The notes under the pieces are model-generated. The model searched no databases. It saw nothing but the letters and a program-made list of their open reading frames with translations, and had not been told where the DNA came from. Shown here piece by piece: positions 48,563 through 57,912 of a stretch of DNA of 64,000 nt (the stretch's first letter is position 1; the number at the start of each line of letters is the position of its first letter). Source of the stretch: Zancudomyces culisetae HAW-14-8 (taxonomy: Eukaryota; Fungi; Kickxellomycota); contig JBNJNM010000023.1 of the NCBI GenBank assembly GCA_052426225.1, forward strand, positions 62,001 through 126,000. The letters run 5' to 3'. The position numbers were made by a program, and so were the translations under genes.

Positions 48563-50224
48563 ATGGCATCAACGCAGACGAAAGAAAAGTCCTATGCGCA
48601 AACTGCGCAAAGGGGCAGCTACCAAGCTGCAAGAGGAGGTAGAGCGATGCTCTACCAACAATACTCTATCCTCCACTGGGTCGATGAGAGACCCGATGTA
48701 GGGAATATGATTGTTTGCAGAACCAGAGATGAGCGAAAACTCGCCATCCGAACCAGAAGCATCAACGCAAACTATGATGCAGCAATGGGGGAGATCTCTG
48801 ATACCCTAAAAGACTTTGAAGTATCATTCGACCAAGACAGAGAAAGAGGAGTTCTGTTTGTCTGGTTCAAAACAGTGGAAGACGCAGAAGCGGCTAGAAA
48901 GATCAAAAAAACTGTGTCAGGAAAGGAGCTAGATCTGTGGAACACCTTTCAACACACAGAAGTAACGAAAGTGGTGACCATACCATCATTCAAGAACGAT
49001 GAGATCCATGGATTCGTCGCAAATCTATACCAAGTAATGAAGCACTATGGTGAGATTGCAGACATTATGGCATTAAGGGTGGCGGGCAACGATCACTTCG
49101 TTGTCAACAGCCTAAAGGTACTAATAAGGATGCACAAGGGAGCTAAACTGCCTACAACAATAGTGGTAAAGGATGAAAAGATCAATCTGATCTGGGATGG
49201 GGCGCCAGCCTCTTGCACATACTGCAAGATTGAGGGTCACTGGAAGAGTGAATGCCCTGAACTGGCAAAACAAAGAAAAAGAAACAGACCAGACAGGTAC
49301 AGAGAAATAAAACAAATGATAGCAGAAGGCAAAAACCAGATTGAACAGGAGAGACAAAAAGAAATGGAAATGAATAAGGAGTTAGAAATGCAGAATGAAC
49401 TAGAAAACCAACACGAAAAAAAAAGACAACAAGAACAGGAAAAACGCCAGGAACGGGAAAAGCAGCAAAAAGAAGCCGAAAAGGAAGCGGAAAACGAAGC
49501 TGATAATGAAAATGAAAATGAGAAGGAAAGGGCAAGCGATAAAGAAAGCTTTGACGACGACTACGAAAGTCGTATGGACGAAGGATACGACTCGGAAGAG
49601 GAAAAACAAGAACGAGTACAAAATGAAGAGGAAGCACGAAAACAAGCAGAACTGGAGAAAGCAGAAAACATGGAGGTGGAAAATATCATCAACGAAGTTA
49701 TCTTTAATAACAACATTAGTAAAAAAAAAACAAAAAAACAAAAATTCAAAATACTGAAACAAAGCAGTAAACAAAAACAGATCAAAAAGATCAATAAACA
49801 AAAAAAAAATAAGGAAGACAATGCAGTCATAAGGCTGGCACAAAAGCTTGCGATGAAGGAAAAAGAAGTAAAAGAAAGAATAGAAAGAGAATCACTTACA
49901 GCAGAAGGGGAGACACGAATGGAAGCACAGCCACAACAAGAGGAACAAGGGCAAGAACAACAACAGCAACAAGAGCAGCAACAAGGACAAGAGCAGCAAC
50001 AAGGACAAGAGCAGCAACAAGGACAAGAGCAAGTACAAGAACAACAGCAAGCACAGGAACAGAATCAAACGCAAAACCAGCAAGAGGCACCACACGGCGA
50101 GGCGGAAGACAGCGGAACCGGAAAACCTCCGGATCAAGACGACAGCAATCAAATCGGTCCCAGCATCCATGATGCGGAGATGGAGGAAGACCCTCCTTCA
50201 TCTCCGATAAATGTATTGGATTAA
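48563..50224 (+). CDS. LINE ORF1 (gag-like nucleic-acid-binding protein)
   Basis: CCHC knuckle CTYCKIEGHWKSEC, charged coiled-coil region and 18-bp QEQQQG tandem repeats; lies upstream of ORF2. Confidence 0.88.
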   Translation: MASTQTKEKSYAQTAQRGSYQAARGGRAMLYQQYSILHWVDERPDVGNMIVCRTRDERKLAIRTRSINANYDAAMGEISDTLKDFEVSFDQDRERGVLFVWFKTVEDAEAARKIKKTVSGKELDLWNTFQHTEVTKVVTIPSFKNDEIHGFVANLYQVMKHYGEIADIMALRVAGNDHFVVNSLKVLIRMHKGAKLPTTIVVKDEKINLIWDGAPASCTYCKIEGHWKSECPELAKQRKRNRPDRYREIKQMIAEGKNQIEQERQKEMEMNKELEMQNELENQHEKKRQQEQEKRQEREKQQKEAEKEAENEADNENENEKERASDKESFDDDYESRMDEGYDSEEEKQERVQNEEEARKQAELEKAENMEVENIINEVIFNNNISKKKTKKQKFKILKQSSKQKQIKKINKQKKNKEDNAVIRLAQKLAMKEKEVKERIERESLTAEGETRMEAQPQQEEQGQEQQQQQEQQQGQEQQQGQEQQQGQEQVQEQQQAQEQNQTQNQQEAPHGEAEDSGTGKPPDQDDSNQIGPSIHDAEMEEDPPSSPINVLD

Positions 50225-50462
50225 CATCCTATTCAAGTAACAGAAATACATAAGTACAACAATAACAACAACAACAACACAAACAAAAATAACAACAAAT
50301 ATCATAACTGATAAACTACTGGTACTCAACATACCAGAATTGTCTCAGAAAACTGTAAAATATTTTTTTTCGTTCATCACAAAAATCGAAAAAAAAAATT
50401 TACACGTTAAAAAAATCAAACAGAAAAATAAATCTTACCGCTTCGAAATTCAAAAAATCGAT

Positions 50463-53400
50463 ATGTCCTTGATTCGATTGTCCGTTCTAAAAAAATTGGA
50501 GTTTGAAAAAAAATTAAAGTGTATACTAAAAGTTGAAGAAAATAAAAATGAAAGAGAGATAAATAGAAAAAATGAAAAAACAAAAAATTTATACCAAAAA
50601 AAAATAGAAAAAAAAAATGAAAAAATTAACCTAAAAATAATGACATACAACGTATGCTCAATAAAAAATAAAAAATATGAATTAGATTATTTTTTAACCA
50701 AAGTAAATCCAACCATACTATGCTTGCAGGAGACCCACCTGCAGGAGAAGTCTGGGAGGATGAACATAAATGGCTACACATGTGTAGAGTCAAAAAGGCC
50801 GACACTAAAGACGGGTTCTGGTCTTCTAGTGGGGGTAAAAAAAAATATTGGCTGGCACATAGAGGAGTATAAAAATAATAATACCTGGATGGCCGCAAAA
50901 ATACATGGATATACAGAAAAGGAGCATAAAAGACTGGAAGTGATGGTTGTGAATGTACACACACCACACAAGCCCAGAGAAAGGACACAGATGAAGAAGG
51001 AAGTAGAAGACTTTATAAACAAAGAATACGGTAGAAACAGAGAAATAAAAATAATACTATGCGGAGACTTCAACATGAGGACGAGCATCGTCACACCATG
51101 GTTGAAAAAACTCAGGTGTATAGTCAGGAGAGCCCCGACAAGGAAACGAAGCGGAACTAGGATAACAAAAAAGCGACTGAAGAACACCATCGATCACATC
51201 TTTTATACCCCCACAGTAGGACAATTCGTGACAACAAAACTACACAAAAAAATTGACCTCAGTGATCATCTGGCTATTACAGCCAACTTTACCATTGAGG
51301 AAATTAAACCAGAGCAGCAAAAAAAAATTGTCAACCGGAAACTATTGGACCAAAAATCAGAACTGTTCAGAACTCACAATAAATTTTCAATTTTGACATC
51401 TCTTAACGAAACTGACGAACTAATCAGTGAAACCGTTAATGAGACTAAAAAATTGATGGATAAGATATCTGAAAAAAATAATCCAAACCCAAAAAATAAT
51501 GAGAAATTGGCCGAAAAAAATTCCGAAGCCAAAAAAAATCAACATTTTTTAAGTAAAAAAACGCGAAAGATGATCAAACTTCGTTGCAAATTGTTCAAAA
51601 AAATGCTCAGAACTTGTGATGAACACGAGAAAGAGCTGTTTTATAATGATTACGTCCAGATGAAATCTAAAACTTCAAAGCTAATAAAAAGTGACCAAAA
51701 ATTACATAATAAAAAGGAGTTAGTGAAACTATGTGAACACATCAAAGGCAATGATGCCAAGACGATGTGGAGATGGTTAAAAATGAGAGCTCTAAATAAA
51801 AAATCTGTGTTTAATAACGGAGGAGTCCTGGATGAATCAGGAAGGGAGATAACAGAGGAGGCAGAAAAACTCAAAGTATGGATAAAACATTTCTACAAGC
51901 TATCGAAGAATGAAAACTCAGCATTAAGCACAATCCCAGAAGAAAGAGAGGAGGAAGTGGACTACTTCAGAGAATGCGACGAAGAACCAACATGGACAGA
52001 AGTTAAAGAAGCGCTAAAAGAAACTCCGAGAAACAAAGCAGCGGGTGAAGATGGCATTCCGAGCGAAATCTGGAAATTTATACAGAGCGATGAAGATCCA
52101 GAATCGGAACTTGCAGTACTTTTATTAACCATAATTAAAAAATTCTGGAATAATCCAAAGTTAAACAGTGAAAACAATACCAGCGTAATCGTTCCTATTT
52201 TCAAAAAAGGAAACACTAAAGACCCAAACAATTATAGGGGGATTTCGCTAATCCCAACCATAACCAAACTTATAGCCAAAATAGTCGCTAATAAATTAAG
52301 ATTAATAGATAATAGACATATATTATTAGCAAAAGAGCAAGCGGGATTCAGGACACTGGAGGAATGCGTAGCTCAAGCCACAGCGCTATACGAAATTATA
52401 AAAAGGCGAAAAATCAATAATACAAAAACCATAATTTGTTTTATTGATTTTGAAAAAGCCTACGACAAAGTGCAACACAATTTATTATTCAAAAAATTAA
52501 AAATGAACAAAATTAATGGTAAATTACTGGCAGTAATTAAAGAACTCTATAATAACGCAAAAATAAAAGTAAGGGTAGGAAATGGATTATCGGAGGCGAT
52601 GAACTTCGAAAGAGGTGTTCGCCAAGGATGCCCAGCCTCACCAATGCTTTTTGATATTTTTATCAACGATATATTTGAAGGAATGGAGGGAATAGAAGTG
52701 CCAGGGATTCAAGAAAAAATTCCGGGACTACTATTTGCAGACGATACAGTTTTATTGTCAGACACTCCAGAACAGATGCAAGAAGCACTTAACATGATGC
52801 AGCAATGGTGTCAGAAGTGGGACATGAAGGTGAATGCTAGCAAGAGTGCGATTATGACAGTTGAAGCAGTGAATAGAACAAGCGACGAAAATAACAATAA
52901 TATTGAAATTACGATTCCAGAATACTTTTTGGGAAATGCAAAAGTACCAGAAGTAGATGAATATAAATACTTGGGTGTTATATTCAATAAATATTGGAAT
53001 AACAAGCTACACATACAGGAGAGGAAAGAAAAAGTACAAAGAGCAACCATGAGCAACTACTATCTACTCAAAGACAGAAATACACCGCTGTTGATGAAAA
53101 AGATGGTAATTAGGTCGATAGTCATTGCGGTCGCTAGTTATGGAGGTGAAATGTTCGGCATGTCTGAAGCAAGGGTAAAACCGATACAGCAAGCCGTGGA
53201 CAACACATTGAGAATAGCCATGGGAGTGGGCAGATCGACATGCATGAGGAGATTGCGAGAAGAATTAAATATAACAGATATTTACAGTAGAACGACCAGA
53301 GCTAGAGACAGAGCATTCCACAAATGGAGTGGCATGAAAACATGGATAGCAGATTTAATACAGAACCCCTTCAAACACTCGAAGGACACTTGGGTCACAG

Positions 53401-54086
53401 GGTACACAAGGTGGTCTAACAGATTCAACAGGATCAAGATTGACAATGCACCAACCGGAGAGGTAAGAAAAACCAAAGAGACACTCGAGATAAACAACAG
53501 GCTGAAAGACAAGTCGAATATTACAAAGTGGATAAAGGAAGTTGGAGCAGGCCGACAAAGGAACTGGGTCGACTTACAAGCGGCCTTTCCGCAGTACATG
53601 AAACACATTCTTTTCGTAGGTCGAATTCGAATAGGTCAATTTTGGACCGCCACGAGATTAGCAAATTCGGGTTTTATAGATCCAGATTACAAAGCCAAAT
53701 GTCCGTTCTGTAAGAAAGAAGAAAAAGAAACAGTTGAGCATTACTTATTAGAATGCAGTAGATGGGACGAAATTAGGAAGGATTTACTTACCGAATTTAT
53801 AGATTTTTATAGTTCTTTTTTATCTAGCACGATTTCCGAGTGTGTTGAGCTTCGCAGGAAAATCGTGGGTAAACTCCTGGGGGAGGAGTTAAAGCTCAAA
53901 CTACCTGGGATTCTTCGGGATCCAAACGCCACTTGCGTTAGAGCAGTGGTTTCCACAGCCCGGTTTCTTAACGAGACCTTTTTACCTCGCTACCTATTGT
54001 TGAAAGACATTAGTGTAGTCCCACTCCCCTTGAACCAATGCCCATCGGGTACGGAGACTCTAGAGAGTCGAAGGGGGATAGGATGA
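50463..54086 (+). CDS. LINE ORF2: APE endonuclease + reverse transcriptase + C-terminal CCHC finger
   Basis: APE motifs TYNV, LQET, GDFN, IDHI, SDH; RT motifs YRGISL, EQAGFR, DFEKAYD, GVRQGCPASP, LFADD, YKYLG; finger CPFC..ETVEHYLLEC. Start uncertain (first ATG 50463; the APE domain begins near 50630). Confidence 0.96.
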   Translation: MSLIRLSVLKKLEFEKKLKCILKVEENKNEREINRKNEKTKNLYQKKIEKKNEKINLKIMTYNVCSIKNKKYELDYFLTKVNPTILCLQETHLQEKSGRMNINGYTCVESKRPTLKTGSGLLVGVKKNIGWHIEEYKNNNTWMAAKIHGYTEKEHKRLEVMVVNVHTPHKPRERTQMKKEVEDFINKEYGRNREIKIILCGDFNMRTSIVTPWLKKLRCIVRRAPTRKRSGTRITKKRLKNTIDHIFYTPTVGQFVTTKLHKKIDLSDHLAITANFTIEEIKPEQQKKIVNRKLLDQKSELFRTHNKFSILTSLNETDELISETVNETKKLMDKISEKNNPNPKNNEKLAEKNSEAKKNQHFLSKKTRKMIKLRCKLFKKMLRTCDEHEKELFYNDYVQMKSKTSKLIKSDQKLHNKKELVKLCEHIKGNDAKTMWRWLKMRALNKKSVFNNGGVLDESGREITEEAEKLKVWIKHFYKLSKNENSALSTIPEEREEEVDYFRECDEEPTWTEVKEALKETPRNKAAGEDGIPSEIWKFIQSDEDPESELAVLLLTIIKKFWNNPKLNSENNTSVIVPIFKKGNTKDPNNYRGISLIPTITKLIAKIVANKLRLIDNRHILLAKEQAGFRTLEECVAQATALYEIIKRRKINNTKTIICFIDFEKAYDKVQHNLLFKKLKMNKINGKLLAVIKELYNNAKIKVRVGNGLSEAMNFERGVRQGCPASPMLFDIFINDIFEGMEGIEVPGIQEKIPGLLFADDTVLLSDTPEQMQEALNMMQQWCQKWDMKVNASKSAIMTVEAVNRTSDENNNNIEITIPEYFLGNAKVPEVDEYKYLGVIFNKYWNNKLHIQERKEKVQRATMSNYYLLKDRNTPLLMKKMVIRSIVIAVASYGGEMFGMSEARVKPIQQAVDNTLRIAMGVGRSTCMRRLREELNITDIYSRTTRARDRAFHKWSGMKTWIADLIQNPFKHSKDTWVTGYTRWSNRFNRIKIDNAPTGEVRKTKETLEINNRLKDKSNITKWIKEVGAGRQRNWVDLQAAFPQYMKHILFVGRIRIGQFWTATRLANSGFIDPDYKAKCPFCKKEEKETVEHYLLECSRWDEIRKDLLTEFIDFYSSFLSSTISECVELRRKIVGKLLGEELKLKLPGILRDPNATCVRAVVSTARFLNETFLPRYLLLKDISVVPLPLNQCPSGTETLESRRGIG

Positions 54087-54180
54087 GTTTAGATTATAGA
54101 TTGTTTTTATTTTTTTTTAGGAACTGTTTATCTTCTAAATAAATTTTTTTTCTACCGAAAAAAAAAAAAAAAAAAAAAAA

Positions 54181-54623
54181 ACAGTTGAGCATTACTTATT
54201 AGAATGCAGTAGATGGGACGAAATTAGGAAGGATTTACTTACTGAATTTATAGATTTTTATAGTTCTTTTTTATCTAGCACGATTTCCGAGTGTGTTGAG
54301 CTTCGCAGGAAAATCGTGGGTAAACTCCTGGGGGAGGAGTTAAAGCTCAAACTACCTGGGATTCTTCGGGATCCAAACGCCACTTGCGTTAGAGCAGTGG
54401 TTTCCACAGCCCGGTTTCTTAACGAGACCTTTTTACCTCGCTACCTAGTGTTGAAAGACATTAGTGTAGTCCCACTCCCCTTGAACCAATGCCCATCGGG
54501 TACGGAGACTCTAGAGAGTCGAAGGGGAATAGGATGAGTTTAGATTATAGATTGTTTTTATTTTTTAGGAACTGTTTATTTTCTAAATAAATTTTTTTTC
54601 TACCGAAAAAAAAAAAAAAAAAA
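54181..54623 (+). mobile_element. 3' fragment of the same LINE family with its own poly(A)
   Basis: Matches 53730-54181 with about 4 substitutions and poly-T length differences; poly(A) at 54606-54623. Confidence 0.93.
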
Positions 54624-55089
54624 GACTAGGTGCCCATTTTGTAAAAAAAACAGCGCAGAAACCACTGAACACATGCTACTGGACTGTAAATACTGGGCTG
54701 GAGTTAGGTATAAAACTCTGGAACGTATCCCAGATATGTCAATTATAGGAAGTGAGGAGAGAGGTAGTAGTGAAGGATGACGGAATTTTTTTGTAGGGCG
54801 ACTCCTTGGAGGGGAGTCAAAAAGAATGGTTACTCTCTCCGTTAAGAAGAGAGAAACCGAAACATCGTCTTTGGTTGAGCTGGTAACGACACAATTTTTG
54901 GACGGAATACGTCGAACGAGGATGCAAGTCTTAGACCGGCTTAAGTCAGAAACAACCTCCTTGAACCAACGCCCGGTGGGTATGGAGTCCCTAGAGCGAC
55001 GGAGGGGAATTGGTTAGGTAGATATTTTATAGGATTATTTTTTGTAGTTTTATGTGATATTTATTTAATAAATCGATCTTACAAAAAAA
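54624..55089 (+). mobile_element. 3' fragment of a related, diverged LINE family
   Basis: Encodes RCPFCKKNSAETTEHMLLDC..GRLLGGE..SLNQRPVGMESLERRRGIG* with an internal stop, then AATAAA and a short A tail. Confidence 0.88.
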
Positions 55090-56055
55090 TCCAACTAAAA
55101 AATTAAAATGTGATTAACTTATTAAATTCATCTAACAAAAAAATGTGAGATTTTTAACTATTACAAATACATACTGAAAGGGAAAGCGTCGGTTTTCGAT
55201 TTCACAAGATTTGTAGATTGGTATGGGATTTATTGCACTTTATATAATTAATTAGCTATCTAATAAACTCTATTAGAAAAATATATAAAAATGTGTTTCT
55301 GGGAATCGATGGATAGGTGGTGATATAGTCATATTATGTTATATGTGTATGTGATAATAGCAACCATATATATTACTCCTGATCTTTTTTTTTTGTAGAT
55401 ATCGTTTTGTTTAAAGTTTGATTTAGCCACTTTCCTGAGCACTTAACAAGTCAAAACAAAGAAATAAGTATATGTGTTAGGTTTGCTACAGAGTTCTATA
55501 CTCCTAAATATACCCTTATAGGACGTGAGGAGTAAGTGTAAAATATAACGATACACTTTTATGTAAATATGTAAATATACACCTGTGTGTGTATAGAGAG
55601 TGAGTGAAGAAAGAGTTCAATGGAAGGGATATATTTCTGTATTTTTTTTATTTTCTATTCACCAGTATATCTATAAATGCTATATATTAGCATTTGGTAT
55701 GCAATTTTTAAGCGATATCAGCTGTATTGTTTGCATATTTATACATAAATCCAATTGCCTGATTATGAATAGCCAATTGGTAAATCATTTTGCACTGGTA
55801 TATTCTAAGATAACATCAGGGTTGTAAAAATAGAACTATGAATACAAATATATTTTGATGTGGCTGACCTAAAGAATAAAATATACTTGATCAGTTTAGT
55901 AGAATGAAATAAAAAAAAGTATATAGACCATGGTTTGCTTCGCATAAATACATCAACATAAACATCATCAACTATTACTACTACAATAACATTAATAGTA
56001 ATAAATATCGCCATTACCTTTTCAAGGTATCAATAATCAAAGAAAAACTGAACAA

Positions 56056-56487
56056 ATGAAAAAAATGGTAACAATCGGATTAGCAGGAGTATCAGCTACA
56101 TGTGCAATGCTTGCAGAAAATGCTAGAGCATCTGGGCTTGCTGATCGTGATATTTTGAGTGATCTGCTAGAAGGCCTTGGATTCGGCAACATTGGAAACC
56201 TGATCTCTGGAATTACTGGTGAGCTTACCAATATTGGTAAAATAGGAAGCAGGAGTACCGCTACAGCAAGTTCGACATCTAGTAGTAAACCTGCATGCAA
56301 TAATATTTTAGAAAACTTACTTTTTGGAGTTACTGGTGGACTTAGTTCTGTGCTTGGAGGAGGCGATTTGATAGGTGATCTTATTTCATTGTTTACCAAA
56401 GAGTGTCTCCTTTGCGGGCTCGGTTCTTCATAGGTATTTGGAAAAGATGGTGCTATTGATAACTTGATCCTTTGTGTCATTGTTTAA
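56056..56487 (+). pseudogene. Secreted Gly/Leu-rich repeat protein, probably truncated by a TAG at 56431
   Basis: Signal peptide and amphipathic units (DLLEGLG, NLLFGVTGGL). The frame continues after the TAG with a similar unit, VFGKDGAIDNL. Confidence 0.5.
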
Positions 56488-56553
56488 GCTGAGCAGAGTG
56501 GTAGCAATAGTTATTTTTACTTTACAAATTGTTTTTACCTTTCAAACATGTAG

Positions 56554-56586
<33 letters not shown>

Positions 56587-56699
56587 GTTTAATATTTAAA
56601 TATCAATGTTACTTTCAGCTCTGTTCTATATGAATTTTCTGTACTTTGTAGCGATGTACAAGTAAAAAATAATAATAATAAAGTAAGATTACTGAACAA

Positions 56700-57170
56700 A
56701 CTAAAAAGAAAAAGTAACTTCATTAGCAGCTCTAATAAGAGGAGCAAGTATAGAATTACTAATAGATTTCTGAATAATATAGCGAGTAAGAATAGCAGAG
56801 CACAGTAACAAGAGCTATTGTCAACGGATAAAAAATTCTTGGGAAATTGCAAAAGGGTTACACAATAGTGTGCCACTGGAAGAGCAGCACATCTATGTAC
56901 AAACAAGAAAAAGCAATCTGATGGCAGCTGAGAGACAAAAGATATACCACAAAAGCATTGATGGAGCAACTGGGTAGTTCGAGCTACAGTGTCCATTTTG
57001 CAACAAGAACAGCATAGAAGCCATTAAACATATTCTTTTGAGCTATGTAAGATGGGTCCCAGTTCGAATAACATTCCTGATGCAATACATTCCAGAAGTG
57101 TTAAGCGCAGGAAATGAGAAGAGTATTAAGAGAGAAATAGTTAGAAAGTTTTTTGTATAGACTTTCTTGG
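56700..57170 (+). mobile_element. Degenerate LINE 3' relic
   Basis: About 56989-57054 translates CPFCNKNSIEAIKHILLSYVRW, homologous to the ORF2 finger; surrounding frames have stops. Boundaries approximate. Confidence 0.7.
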
Positions 57171-57789
57171 AACGGGAAAGTCACAAAGACAGGTTTTTCT
57201 ATTTGTACAGGAGAGAAAGTATTGGTTAAACGGATGCTTTATTTGGCTATTATTATTCTAGCTTTATTTGCTATGTATTTGATGGACTGAATATGCAAAA
57301 ATAAAAAATAGAACTTGCTAAAAAAAACTTGTGATGTTTATTATTAAACTCGTTGTACAACTAAATGTTGATAGTTTTATTTTATATCAGCAAAAGAAAT
57401 CTAATTGAGTTTTTTCACTCCAAAAAAAAAACGAGAAAATTGTTTTTTTTTTGGATTCATATTTGGGACTTGTAAACCCAGACTCTTCATAGGTACAGTT
57501 AGTTAAAGGTTTGTGCTGAGAATATAGGCTAATGAGGCTAGTGATAAGATGATACCACATTACCTGTGCTTCTCTTTCCATAACTGTTGGTATTCTAGAT
57601 AGTTACGGCCTTTTTGTCGCATTCCCAGAAACCTTATTCTCAACTTTGCCATGTCTCTTAGTATACACACCATATTGACATTTAAAGGGTGTGAAAAGTT
57701 AAACAGGCAAACATGTTCATGAATTCAAAAAAGATCGAAAAAAGAGTCTATAAAAAAAGATCGAAAAAAAAATAGAAAAATAGTTTTCT

Positions 57790-57912
57790 TTACATTTGTC
57801 AAATTTCCCATTGCCTCCAATTTTTTTGACTTGTCGCTTATCGTCCAAAAATCATCCAATATAAATACTAAATATTTAACATTTTCCACTTTCCCACCAT
57901 CACACTGGCACT
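57790..57912 (-). mobile_element. Possible degenerate LINE RT relic
   Basis: Minus strand reads GKVENVKYLVFILDDFW, resembling ORF2 EVDEYKYLGVIFNKYW. Confidence 0.35.

Larger units (their letters stand above)
48157..54181 (+). mobile_element. Full-length, apparently intact non-LTR retrotransposon (LINE, L1/Tx1-like architecture)
   Basis: A/C-rich 5' UTR, ORF1, ORF2, short 3' UTR with AATAAA and a poly(A) tail at 54158-54181. Confidence 0.95.

Noticed and set aside
50340-50630. ~100-aa Lys-rich N-terminal extension of LINE ORF2
   Set aside because: Starts at TTG and is mostly A-runs; more simply an A-rich spacer, though read-in from ATG 50463 cannot be excluded.
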